The notes below the pieces were generated by a model. The model worked only from the letters and a program-made list of their open reading frames with translations, was not told the origin of the DNA and did no database searches. A DNA stretch of 62,949 bases, counting the filler, from Octopus bimaculoides (Eukaryota), in NCBI RefSeq assembly GCF_001194135.2. It is 8 parts of 8 records of this genome, joined end to end, with 100 filler letters (N's around TTAATTAATTAA, not from the genome) between each part and the next. Parts side by side here need not be neighbours in the genome. Positions count along the whole stretch, not along the records: positions 1 to 20,029 come from NC_069001.1; positions 20,130 to 37,631 come from NC_068988.1; 6 more parts are not named here. One strand, 5' to 3'. The position numbers and the translations under genes are program-made. The stretch's first letter is position 1; each line of letters opens with the position of its first letter. Shown piece by piece: positions 12,266 to 23,781 of this stretch.

Positions 12266-13051
12266 ATATATGACAGGCTTCTTTCAGTTTCCGTCTACCA
12301 AATCTACTCACAAGGCTTAGGTCTTCTATAACAAAAGACACTTGCCCAATGTGTCACACAGTAGGACTGAACTCAGAACCATATGGTTGGAAAGCAAGCT
12401 TCTTACCACACACATATATCAAAATATATACATGCAGATGTGCCTTTATTTACAAGAACTCTTCACAGATAGTTTTTTAACCTTTTACACAGAAAATTTA
12501 ACTGAAGATCTGCCAACTCTTATTCCAACGTTGAATAAAGAACTATCATGTTCTTTCAAGAGATACCAGTTTAAGCATCACAAAAAAAAGAAGAAAAAAC
12601 AGAAGAAAAACGGTAAACACACTAAAGAGAATCTGCTGGAACTATATCTTTGACAACTTAACTTCTTTATGAAGTGACAATGAATATAGCTATAGCTTAA
12701 AGACGAGAAATTGCCCATTACATAACAAATTCATGAAGGACTTTGAGAGTAATGGATCTGAGAGGAGGAAGGTAATATTTCTTTCTGAATTGAACACCTC
12801 TTTCAAGAGTGTTTCAAAAAGGTATAAAAACGCTAACAAAAGCCTCATTGAAAATATTTCTTCACCTGAACAAAGAGGGGGAAAAATTTTTTTTGAGATT
12901 GACACATCTACAAATTCCAGATTTTTCTTTCCAGATTTGTTTTTCTTTCCAGCCAAATTTGCGCAGAGCAGAGAAAAACAAAAATCAAACAAAACACAAA
13001 GACCCTCTTATATTTCAAGGATTTTTATTTGCTATTATTTGTTTCTGGGAT

Positions 13052-13270
13052 AAGGCACTGAGCTGGCAGAGTCATTAATGTGTTGGACAAAATGATTACT
13101 CTGTCATGTTTTCTAATTTGATATGTTCTGAGTTCAATTTCTGTTGAGGCTGACTTTGCTATTTATCCTTTTAAGGGTTGATAAATCAAATAACAATTGA
13201 GCATGGGGGTCAATGTAACTGATTACCCCCTCCCCTAAAATTGCTGGCCTTGTGCTTAAATTTTAAACTA
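13052..13270 (+). mobile_element. SINE family D, decayed
   Basis: gagctggcagagtcatta...ctgagttcaatttct...aaattgctggccttgtgc. Confidence 0.65.
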
Positions 13271-13279
13271 TTATTAATT

Positions 13280-13600
13280 AGTGGGGTATGATTCAGTGGT
13301 TAGAACACGGGGCTCACAATTATGATATTTTGAGTTCGATTCCTGGACCAGGCAGTGTGTTGTGTTCTTGAGCAAGACACTTTATTTCACAGTGCTCCAG
13401 TTCACTCAACTGTAGAAATGAGTTGCAGCATCATTGGTACCAAGCTGTATCGGCATTTGTTTTTTCCCTTGGATAACATCAGTTGTGTGAGAAGAGAAGG
13501 CTGGTATGTGTGGGCGACTGCTGTTCTTCTATAAACAACCTTGCCTGAACTTGTGTCTCAGAGGGGGAACTTTCTAAGTGCCATCCCATGGTCATTCATA
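13280..13600 (+). mobile_element. CORE-like SINE, family B variant with a different tail
   Basis: tRNA head and ttgtgttcttgagcaagacactttatttcac body. The 3' part differs from 62252-62576. Confidence 0.6.
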
Positions 13601-13663
13601 ATTAGTGCAACAGATAAAATGCTTGACATTTTTTCTAACTCTCTACAATCTTGTTCAAATTCT

Positions 13664-13887
13664 TATTTCTTTATTGCCCACAAGGGGCTAAACATAGAGG
13701 GGACAAACAAAGGATCAAGTCGATTACATCGACCCCAGTGCATAACTGGTACTTAATTTATCGACCCTGAAAGGATGAAAGGCAAAGTCGACCTCGGCAG
13801 AATTTGAACTCAGAACGTAGCGGCAGACGAAATACCACTAAGCATTTCGTTCAGTGTGCTAACGTTTCTGCCAGCTCGCCACCTTAA
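13664..13887 (-). mobile_element. Young SINE family D nested in an older copy
   Basis: CpG-intact copy. 11-bp TSD GTTCAAATTCT at 13653-13663 and 13888-13898. Confidence 0.85.
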
Positions 13888-15999
13888 GTTCAAATTCTAC
13901 TAAAGTCAACTTTGCCTTACTCCCTTTCAAGGACAATGAAATAAAGTACTAATCAAATGCTGGGGTTATTGTAATTGATTTGTCCACTCCCCTCAAAAAT
14001 CACTGGCCTGGGACCACAATTAGAAAGGGTAAGGCAGCGATCTGGTTGAATCAATAGAGTGTCAGAAGAAATGCTTTGCAGTATTTCTTCCAACTCTTTA
14101 GATTCTGAGTTCAAACTCTGCTGAGGTCATCTTTGCCTTTCATCATATCATGGTCTATAAAATAAAGCACAAGTCAAGTAATGGGATCAACGCAATCAAT
14201 GTACACCTTGCCATCATTTCTAATGGCCTTGTGCCAAAATTAGAAAGAGTTATTTATTACTAGTATACAACTGCTTTAATAAAGTTTAGCAAATCAAAGA
14301 TTATGCAATCAAATAGCAAGATGAAGTTCAAATTTGTCGTCTCATAACATATTCATAATGAATATTGTGACTGAATAAATGCTTTTGTGTAAGGGAAAAT
14401 ACCAATATGTGAGATGTGTGTGTGTGCGTGTGAGAGAGAGAGAGAGAGAGAGCATCATTTTGTGTTTTCTTTACAACTGAAATGGGACCCTCCCAATATT
14501 GAGGGTAAAAATGCTACATGACTTCACACCAAAAGGGGAAAGATTGTCTTTTGACTTTGCTGTCAAGTAGACATCAAGATAAAGTAGGGATTGTAATTGG
14601 CTGTAATTCTGGTGTAGAAGTGTGGTTGCCCAATGAAATTGCTTATCTGATTATCAAGTTAACCAAAATGAAAAATCTTTGTAGACAACATATTTTGTGA
14701 ATTAATATGTGTCTGGTTTGAATCTTGAGAAGAACAAACCTGCTACAAGAATTTCTCAGCATTGAATATGTCCAGTAAAGCAAGAGTTGTTATGCTACAA
14801 ATAAAATTAATAAAGAAACTAAAATATCACCAGTAAACACACAAAAATTGATTAAAACATATGTTTGGGAACCACATACATCCTAAAAAACAGATAATTT
14901 ACTAATTAATCCAAGTGTAAGCTCATTAACTCATATAAAAAGCAAAAGCAAACTAGACATAATTAGTAAAAATATTTTAGACATGATTATCACAAACATA
15001 AGTCAAGCTACGAATTAATGAAACTGTCATGGGTCGGTATTGCTGTATTGTATCATCATGTATTCCAGTTGATATCATTACTGTATTAATTGGATGTGAG
15101 ATTAGACTGGCTGTGTACAAAAGTAAACTTGCAAACATTTAACAACAGATTTTATTAAAGGAAGGCTAAGCCTATATACATGTATAAATTATTAAGTCCT
15201 CACTGGTAGAGACTAAAATGTAGTGATCAACGTAACTGTATTTGTTCAACCATTAGGTACTTGGAAAATGAGAGACAAAGATTTCGTTGAGATTTGTTGA
15301 AATTTTTCCTTGGTTTGTTTGGTGAGAGTTAAGATATGTCCTGTCTGAAATGCCAACAGATTCTGCTCTAGTCTGGTTCAGGGCAAGAGGTGAGTTGTGT
15401 TCCCTGCAGTGGTCTCAAAACCTCTGGCTGGCAAGATGTGAAGACAACATATTATCCATCTCTAAACATAAATAGCAAAAAACGATTTATAAATACTTTA
15501 TAAAGTGCAAAACAAGTTAGAATAAAGAAATAACTATGTCAGCTTTCTAACAAAAACTAAAGATTGTCAAAATATAATAATGGCACAAAATGAGCTGCCG
15601 TCAAAGTTTACCATATACCTTACTACAAATTTCACACTTGATGACCTAATATTTCATATATATTACAAATTTTGTAAACATGACTATATACAACTTTAGT
15701 TACAAGTGTATGCATGTGCCCTGAGCCTCTCTGTGTGTGTATGTATTTTATGTGTGTTTGTATATGTAGTGCATATCTTTTGGTTTCCTTTGCACATTCT
15801 TCCTCTCTGTCTTTCTTTTTTATCTCTATCACACACACACACACCTTAAATAAGTATTTTGTTTCTTTGTGTGCATGTGTGTATGTGCACATGCATGTGT
15901 GCATGTCAGTGTGTCTGCATGTGATATGTGTACACACACACACACATTATGTGTCCATATAACATGCCTAAGAATCTATAAGCATACAACTACATTTTA

Positions 16000-16196
16000 G
16001 CTAGATGTGACAGGAATAGTAGCTCAGTCTCCTTCAAATCACAACCCAGGAATGTAGTTAGAGTGGAGGAACAAAGAGAGTGGCTCACTCCAAGCAACCC
16101 TTTTTATAAGCCAGGGAATGGAGTTGCAAACTCAAGGGTTCACTCAGGTGGCACACATTCTAGCTATGCCACTAGTGACTGGAATTTCTTTGATCA
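16000..16196 (+). repeat. About 190-bp diverged direct repeat, copy 1 (copy 2 at about 16740-16930)
   Basis: Shared acaggaatag..ctcagtc...aaatcacaac...ctcaaggg.tcactcaggtgg.acaca.tctagctatg. Confidence 0.75.
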
Positions 16197-16961
16197 TATA
16201 ATTGCTTCATCAAGCTTGAACCAGGGGTGCCATTTAAGTATTTGTTTCCCTAAGATAATCTCCCAAAATGTACCCCATTCTCTCATTTCTTTTTAAAACT
16301 TTCTATAGCTATCATCATCAACTTTACACCAGCTGAAAATAAAGTCTGAAATTTTTAATAAATTTGCAAAGAAACCTATAGCCTTATAGCTATGAATATT
16401 ACAAAGCAAATCTGTGTCTTTGGTAAAATATGCAACATTTGACCCTTGCTCTCCGCCCACTTAGGTCTGGTCAGTGATCAGAAGTGCTCCTTTCAGTACT
16501 TAGTTTTAATAATTTTTGCTGGAATCAGAAATTTCGTCTATGTCATTTAGAATTTGGCTACTTTTAGATTTTTACGCCAAGTAGTTAAGAAAGAGCATCA
16601 AGAAAAATCTGACAACAAGCTGGCAGAATCATTAGCAAGAGGGACAAAATTCTTAGTAGCATTTAGTCCCTCTTTATGTTCTGAGTTCAAATATCACTGA
16701 GGTTGACTTTGCCTTTCATCCTTTTGGAGTCTCAATTTTAGCTGGACATAACAGGAATAGCTCAGTCACCCTTAAATCACAACAGAGTAGTGTAGCTGGA
16801 GTAAAGGGGTGAGGAAAGTGGTTCACTCCTAGAGATCCTTTTATATGCCAGAGAGTGGAAAGCTCAAGGGATCACTCAGGTGGTACACACTCTAGCTATG
16901 GCACCAGTGGTTGGATTTTATTTGAACACTGGCGTTGATGTAATCAAATTACTCCTCTCCC

Positions 16962-17550
16962 TCAAAACTGCTGGCCTTGTGCCAAAATTTGAAACCAATA
17001 TTAATAAACAGGCAGGTGTAAATGGGCATTACAGCTTTTAGAAATTAGGGCATTAATATAAAATACTTTAAACACTGGAACTATATATTACTTTCTAATG
17101 TTCAAATTAAAAATTATGTTTCGATCTTGCAATTCATATTTTTTAGCAAATTTCATGTTGAAAGGAAAATATTTAGCAAATAGACTGATAAAATATTTAT
17201 CTGGAAATGATATAAGTATCGTAGATAACATATTAGACATTGACACGAGAGATTTATGGAGAATAATTATTATACTAATTATAATTTATATGAAAGACAA
17301 AATAATTTGAAACAAACATTACAGAAGAAGATAACAAAATTCCGATTAAAACAGTTATCAATCAATTTTATATATGAATCCCTAACATTCTTCAGTTTAT
17401 GAGCATTCCTCATGCAAATAGCTGAGCAGATGATACAGAGTAAATATCACATTAACTAAAATCTTGAAAGAAAATTATTTGAGGGATAAATGCTATGATA
17501 CACGATTTAAAACTATCAGAGATACAATTACAGGCACTTTTAATATAATT
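16962..17550 (+). repeat. 589-bp direct duplication, copy 2
   Basis: Matches 4794-5382. Confidence 0.95.
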
Positions 17551-17811
17551 TAAAATATACTTAGTGAGATCATTAAAATTATTGATGTAGAGATGAAAAA
17601 TCTGCATTATACAGTGTAAATTTATCTGTGAATGTAAATAAGAGTACAGTTAAATGAACATATACACACACGTATCATCACTAAGTTACATCTACATTTC
17701 CATTTTTGCATGGGTTCAGCAGGACTTGTCTATTAGAGAATCTTACCATTTGTTGTGGTCATTTGTCATCTCTTTAATAATATTCAGTATTATTGACAAT
17801 TATCAACAATA

Positions 17812-18195
17812 TAGGCACAGGCACGGGTGTGTGGTAAGAAGCTTGATCTCCTACCATGTGGCTTCAGGTTCAGTCCCACTGCATGGCACATAGGACTAAT
17901 GCCTTCTACTATAGCTTCAGGCTGACAAAAACCTTGTGAGTGGATTTGCTAGATGGAAACTGAAAGAAGCCCATTGTAAATATGTGTGTGTATGTGTGTG
18001 TGTCTTTGTGTCAGTGTCTGTCCCTCACTACCACTTGACAACTGGTATTGGTTTCTTTTACATCCCCAAGACTTAACAGTTTAGCAAAAGAAACCAAAAG
18101 TAGGTACAGGGGTCAATTCATTCAACTAAAAATTTCTTCAAAGTGGTGCCCCAGCATGGCCACAGTCTAATGACTGAAACAAATAAAAGATATAA
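17812..18195 (+). mobile_element. SINE family A, full length, decayed
   Basis: Colinear with 9985-10410. Confidence 0.75.
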
Positions 18196-18499
18196 GATAA
18201 TACACCTGACCGACATACCTCAAGCTACTGTTCTGCTAATTAAAGTTATGTTAATGTCTTAATGAGCTGAAAAACTTAGTTTAACTAAGATTGTTCAGAA
18301 AATCATTAGACAAAGCTTCCTTCAAGTGTCTTTTAAATCTAAAAACAACAAACCAGGGTGATAAACCCAATAAATAAACTCTAAGCAAATTTTGATAAAA
18401 CTGGTACACATGGTAGTAGATATTTATTCTCAAATATCAGTGTGGAAAGCAAAAGACATGTTTCAAACTTATGAAACCTCTTCAAAAGAAACTCTAATA

Positions 18500-19714
18500 A
18501 ACTGGCAAACAAGTTGAACAAGTTGTAGTGGCTTCAAATGCTCTTGTAGTGTCTACTGCTTCTATCAACTGGAGAGCATCCTTACCTATGAGGGATTTGG
18601 GGACTTCTTTATGAGCACACCCCCATATGAGTTGATCAACAATCCTTTCGTCCTTGTCTTTGAATCTGCATTTCTTGGCAACATTCTTTAGCCTGGACAG
18701 GAAGTTGTCAATTGTTTCTTGTGGGTCTTATTTCAGGCCCTGAAATTCGTACCTATGAATTCTGTGGTCTAATCTGGGCTCTAGGTGTCTTTCAAATTTC
18801 TTGAAAAGTGTGTCTGAATTACTGCAAACTGATTCTGACATGTCCCAACTATTGAATAGGCCTAAGCCCTTCTCTCCTGTCCATAAAAGTATGTAGCTTA
18901 CCTTTTTGTCAGCAGTTATACCTTTCAGGAAGCTTTTGAAAGCCAATTGACTTTGCTGTTTGAATTTCTTGAATGCTTTAATGACATAATCAGCATTCCA
19001 GATGTAGATTCATCTGTATGGCGACAGGGATCACAATTTCAGATTCACATGTGTGTCTGAAGACAAAGTGATATTCAGTTTTTTAAATTCAGATTTGTTG
19101 TGTTCCTGTTTTGTTGTAATGGCACAGTTTTCGATTAAGTACTTATCACTGCCACCAGGTTATGTCTTCTTTGGTTTGTGTTGGGACAATAAAACAACTC
19201 ATTGAAGGCGTTATTATGATTTTAGGTGTTTATTTACTTAGCATATTTACAACTGAATACGTATAGTGGAGTGATACACACTGTGTGTATTGGCTTTATT
19301 CACAGTTCATGTGTGTGTGTTGGGACTCCGTCGCTTACGATGTCGAGGTTTCCAGTTGATCCGATCAACGGAACAGCCGGCTCGTGAAATTAAAGTGCAA
19401 TTGGCTGAACACTCCACAGACACATGTACCCTTAACGTAGTTCTCAGGGATATTCAGCGTGACCTTTGAATTACAGGTACAACAGAAACAGGAAGTAAGA
19501 GTGAGAGAAAGTTGTGGTGAAAGAGTACAGCAGGGTTCGCCACCATCCCCTGCCGAAGCCTCGTGGAGCTTTAGGTGTTTTCGCTCAATAAACACTCACA
19601 ACGCCCGGTCTGGGAATCGAAACTGAAATCCTATGACCGCGAGTCCGTTGCCCTAACCACTGGGCCATTGCGCCTCCACTCACAGTTCATACTGTCTACT
19701 AAATGCGCTTAACA
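18500..19714 (-). mobile_element. Ty3/Gypsy LTR retrotransposon relic: 5' LTR, PBS and gag pseudogene
   Basis: gag frame (19000 to about 18510): WNADYVIKAFKKFKQQSQLAFKSFLKG..KKVSYILLWTGEKGL..FKKFERHLEPR..HRYEFQGLK*DPQETIDNFLSRLKNVAKKCRFKDKDERIVDQLIWG, with one stop. PBS TGGTGGCAGTG at 19157-19147. LTR runs from TGTTA (19714) to TAACC (19158). Confidence 0.85.
19311..19679 (-). mobile_element. Young SINE family C (resembles octopus OR1 type) inserted in the Gypsy LTR
   Basis: Head GTGGAGGCGCAATGGCCCAGTGGTTAGGG, (CA)n tail, and 11-bp TSD TCACAGTTCAT at 19300-19310 and 19680-19690. Confidence 0.9.
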
Positions 19715-20073
19715 AAATAGTACTAATCCTAGAGATATATCATATATCAATATCTATAAAACAGAGGATGTTTGTGTGTGTGTGTACGTGAATGTGGTTT
19801 ATGCACGTCCACAAATTAGCACGCATGTCGCTCCAATTTTAGGAGAAGATTCGGAATGACCCTATGTGCATTTTAGTGAACTTTCTCTCTCAGAGGTACC
19901 CGCGTATACCTGTAAAAATCGATAAACTTTTGCCAATTTTGAAGTTTGTTGACATGGCGAAGTCAAATCTGTGCGTACGCGCGTGAAGGCGAGAGAGAGA
20001 GAGAGAGAGAAATTGTATATTTGTGAGAGNNNNNNNNNNNNNNNNNNNNNNNNNNNNNNNNNNNNNNNNNNNN

Positions 20074-20085
20074 TTAATTAATTAA
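20074..20085. other. Assembly gap linker TTAATTAATTAA (also at 37676, 48198, 51326, 56206, 58245, 60214)
   Basis: The identical 12-mer sits isolated between N runs. At 20074 it has 44 N on each side, giving a 100-bp block. It places stops in all six frames. Confidence 0.95.
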
Positions 20086-20129
20086 NNNNNNNNNNNNNNN
20101 NNNNNNNNNNNNNNNNNNNNNNNNNNNNN

Positions 20130-20170
<41 letters not shown>

Positions 20171-20269
20171 GTGTGTGTATGTATACCTGTATAATGTATG
20201 GATGCGTATAATAAAAGAGAAAAATGCACACACTTTACGTATTTAAATATATTCTTTACTACATTTTAT

Positions 20270-21607
20270 ATTGTTTGTCGACCGGTTTCGCTTTAGCTAA
20301 TCATGACATTCAAATTGTTGTAATTTCGTATTTTCTTAAGAAGATTTTAGTCCATGTTGTACGTGGAAAACTTCATGAATGACTGATTCAATAATTAGAA
20401 GAATCTAATGGGAGGTGATTGGTGACCGTTATTATCTGGGACGGGGAGGGGGATGTTCATCTTTCGGGCAGGGGATACATGAATACAAGCAAAATTCAAG
20501 AGCTAAAGTAGTGAGATGAAGTATGTACAGTAAGGCGTATGTCATCATGAATTGAAATATATACTGAGATGAAAGTTGGTTATATGTTCATATTTAGATG
20601 TGATCTGCATTTTTCGATAAACAAATTTTATTTATTTGCACTGTTCGATGTGGAAAACTATGAAGTTTGGTTGGATATTACCTGCACATCTCTCTATGTA
20701 TTCACTCAAACGAATCAGTCTGTATTGCGGAAACCGGATCTGTTCCTTATGTGGTGTTGTTCTCCGTCTCAGTGTTATACTTGCCCGTCTTATACAGTTA
20801 TGCCCACAATCTCAGAAAATTATAACATAATTAAATTCTCGGAGGCACAAGCTTTGTTGGTCTTAATTGTGACCATCTCACCTTGTTTGAATAGGAATTC
20901 CGAGTCTTCCAGTAGGTTGAGACATGTTCCGCAGTTTCAGCGTCCACATTTTTTAACTGTTAGTTTCGTGGTTGCTATGTAAAACTTCGCATTTGCTAGA
21001 AGTCCTTTTTGCGATGTGTGTTGCTTTCTCTATTTGTTTTCAGAATGTTGTTCATTTTTGGATCTCTACTGAACATAGGTAGATTTGTACAATAGTGTTG
21101 TTTGCCTCATCGTTTGTAGGGTTGTCAGTTGATATATACAGTAGTGTTTTGAGATGAGGTGTGGTATTACGCTTTGTTACACTTAGTGTTTTAATGTCTA
21201 ATTTCTTGACACGCTTAATTCCATCGTCTATAAGTGAGGGTGGATATTGTCTTTCAGTTAGAGTTGCTCTGACGACTTGAAGACGAACGTCCCGAGTATT
21301 TCTATCAGACACTATTATACAAATCTTTTTTTGCTAAATTAAAGTGGATGTGTTTCGGGTGGCATGAGCTGCACTGGAGATATTGCTTCGAGTCCGTTGG
21401 TCTATGACAAGTGTTAGTTATAATTTGTTTTTTTAATTTATTTTATCATAATGTCCAAGAAAGGGAGCTGGTCTTTGCTATATTCCACCGTAAATTGAAT
21501 GTTAGGGTTTATATTATTTAGTATTGATTTGAATTCCAAAAGCTTATCAACGGCCTCGTTCCAATTGATAAGGCAGTCATCCAGGTATCTTTTCCAGTTT
21601 TCTCTCT
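20270..21607 (-). mobile_element. Penelope-like element, 3' portion (RT C-half, GIY-YIG endonuclease, 3' region)
   Basis: ENWKRYLDDCLINW..LLEFKSILNNINPNIQFTVEYSKDQLPFLDIMI, then TDSKQYL..SCHPKH, RDVRLQ..YPPSLIDDGIKR, and the GIY-YIG remnant DCGHNCIRRASITLRRRTTPHKEQIRFPQYRLIRLSEYIERC. Stops and frameshifts are present. Confidence 0.9.
20276..20308 (-). ncRNA. Degenerate type I minimal hammerhead ribozyme (Penelope-associated)
   Basis: TGTC-ATGATTA-GC-TAAA-GC-GAAAC-CG-GTC-GACA. Stem I is TGTC/GACA, stem II is GC/GC, stem III is palindromic ACCGGT, and the triplet is GUC. The core differs from CUGAUGA at two positions. Confidence 0.6.
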
Positions 21608-22198
21608 GAAGCAAAAATTAGTATACTAGCTAAAGGATTAAAATTTACCCCAACACCACGAACATTGGTTTCCATCGATGTTATTAATCTTTACACCAAC
21701 GTTCCACCTGCCTATGGAATATAAGCAATAAAATTCTGGTTGGAGAAGTACTCCGAAGTGATTCCGGAACGCATAAACCAGGCTTTTATTGTTGAATCTT
21801 TAAAATTTATACTTCAGAAAAATTATTTCGTATTTGATGAAACCTACAATGGTCATAAATGCGAAATTTCGATGGGGACGAAAGCAGCCCCTATTCTTGC
21901 GAACATAATAATGGGTTATTTTGAAATGTCACTTCAAAAATATGGATATCCATTTCACCATTATATAAGAGAGAACTAGAAAAGATACTTGGATAGCTGC
22001 TTTATCATTTGGAAGCAGACCATGGATAAACTTTTGGAATTCAAATCAATACTAAATAATATAAACCCTAACGTTCAATTCACAATGGAATATAGCAAAG
22101 AACAGCTCCCTTTCTTGGATATTATGATACAAAAAAATGTCAAAAAAATTATAACTGACATTTATCCTAAACTAACTGACTCGAAGCCGTGCATTTGA
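21602..22198 (+). mobile_element. Penelope-like inverted arm (N-terminal motif fused to RT core)
   Basis: LSEAKISILAKGLKFTPTP joined in frame to TLVSIDVINLYTNVP..ESLKFILQKNYFVF..SMGTKAAPILANIIMG..N*KRYLDSCFIIW..QLPFLDIMI..TDIYPKLTDSK. Confidence 0.9.
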
Positions 22199-22313
22199 TT
22201 TTATGTTGAATCGCTTGATTCCCAATATAACAATTACGTTTCATATATATACCTCACTAATTTAATTGTTACTGTTATATCATTTGAAGGGTGCTTAACG
22301 TCCTCTCTTTCTC

Positions 22314-22354
<41 letters not shown>

Positions 22355-23781
22355 ACATAGCATTACCAATATACATGACCACACGCGCGCTCACGCACCC
22401 ACATATACNNNNNNNNNNGTTAATTATTAATTCTATTATTAATTGACGATTCCCTGCCCTTATTCTTGTATATTTTATATATATATATATATATACATGC
22501 CGTGATAGGGGCAGCATGATGAGCGGGGTAGCTGACATTATAATGTACTTCGGTAACTGTGGGAGGATGGTAATAAGTTTTCCTCAACCGTATCCCATCC
22601 CAGAAACCTTGCAACTGATCTTTTAAAGACAACGAGTCCCTAGAGTACAATACTGCGGTAAATTAATCGTACACGATGAAAATAAGAACTGTCGTTATTC
22701 TTTAAGTCTCTCTTTTAACAAATATTTCCTACAATAGTTTATTTTCTCTGTGCTGATATAGAAGAGGTTTGCCAAATGTTCGGCAATGTCGGATTGAACC
22801 ACAGTTTGGAGTTTCTACAAGATATTGTCAACCACTCCAGTGTACCAACAAACAAAGAAACTGCGTCTTAATATAGAAAACCTTCTGCCAAAATGCAGTT
22901 CTTACGTTGCAGGTGTCATTAAATTTCCGAAAGAAAGACCAGCGCAATGATTGTCTTCAGAATGTCCAATACATCACGATTTCTCATAATGAGAATATTT
23001 CCCCTGATATGATGATTGTTGTACACAGATGAGAATATTGCCAGAAATTACTTTGTTCTGAAAATAATCAATATTCACTCATAATCAACATATTTGTCCA
23101 ATGCCAGGAAGTACGTTAATGCTATAGATTCTATAGCCTTGGTTTCCAACAAGGTTTCCATTTCGCCTGGGATAATATCATGAATAGCAGCAAAGGGTAT
23201 TGATATGCGAATGTGCAATGCGAAAATTAGGCTTTATTTTTAAAATATTTGTATATTTACCTATTGTTGGTCTTTCAATCCATGGCAATCATAAAATCAT
23301 TCCATAATCAAAGAAATTCAAACTTTACTCATCTAGTCATTTAATTAAAAAATATTGACGATAATATTCCTCATTGTATGTAATTCGCGAGTCATATGCA
23401 GTGATACAATGTTACATGATCGATATTTTCTGATAATTCTAGCAGGAGACACGAAAGACGTGGGTAAAACCGGCATGCTTTCGTTACTCTGGTTATGTGA
23501 AGTCCACACACATAGATACAATTTACAGCTGTACAAGTATACACACAAATACACACACATAGACATAGACACACCCGCACACACACATTCGCATATATCT
23601 ACGCATGTATATGTATGTGCATAATGCGAATACATGCACAGATATAGAGATATCGGGAGCTCTAATCAGGAAAAGTAACAAAGAAATAGAAATAATGACA
23701 ACATGCAAAATATCTGTCAACAAATCGGACAGAACGGAATAAATATGCATCTGAAAATAATTACTAACGCTATGAAGCGAT

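Noticed and set aside
19757-20029. Possible Helitron/DINE-like 5' end (ATCTATAAAACAGAGG..GTGT)
   Set aside because: The 3' end falls in a gap, so no hairpin-CTAG could be verified.
22510-23300. Possible Helitron Rep N-terminal relic (..FPQPYPIPETLQLIF, EYNTA)
   Set aside because: The similarity is faint and no Rep or helicase catalytic motifs were found.
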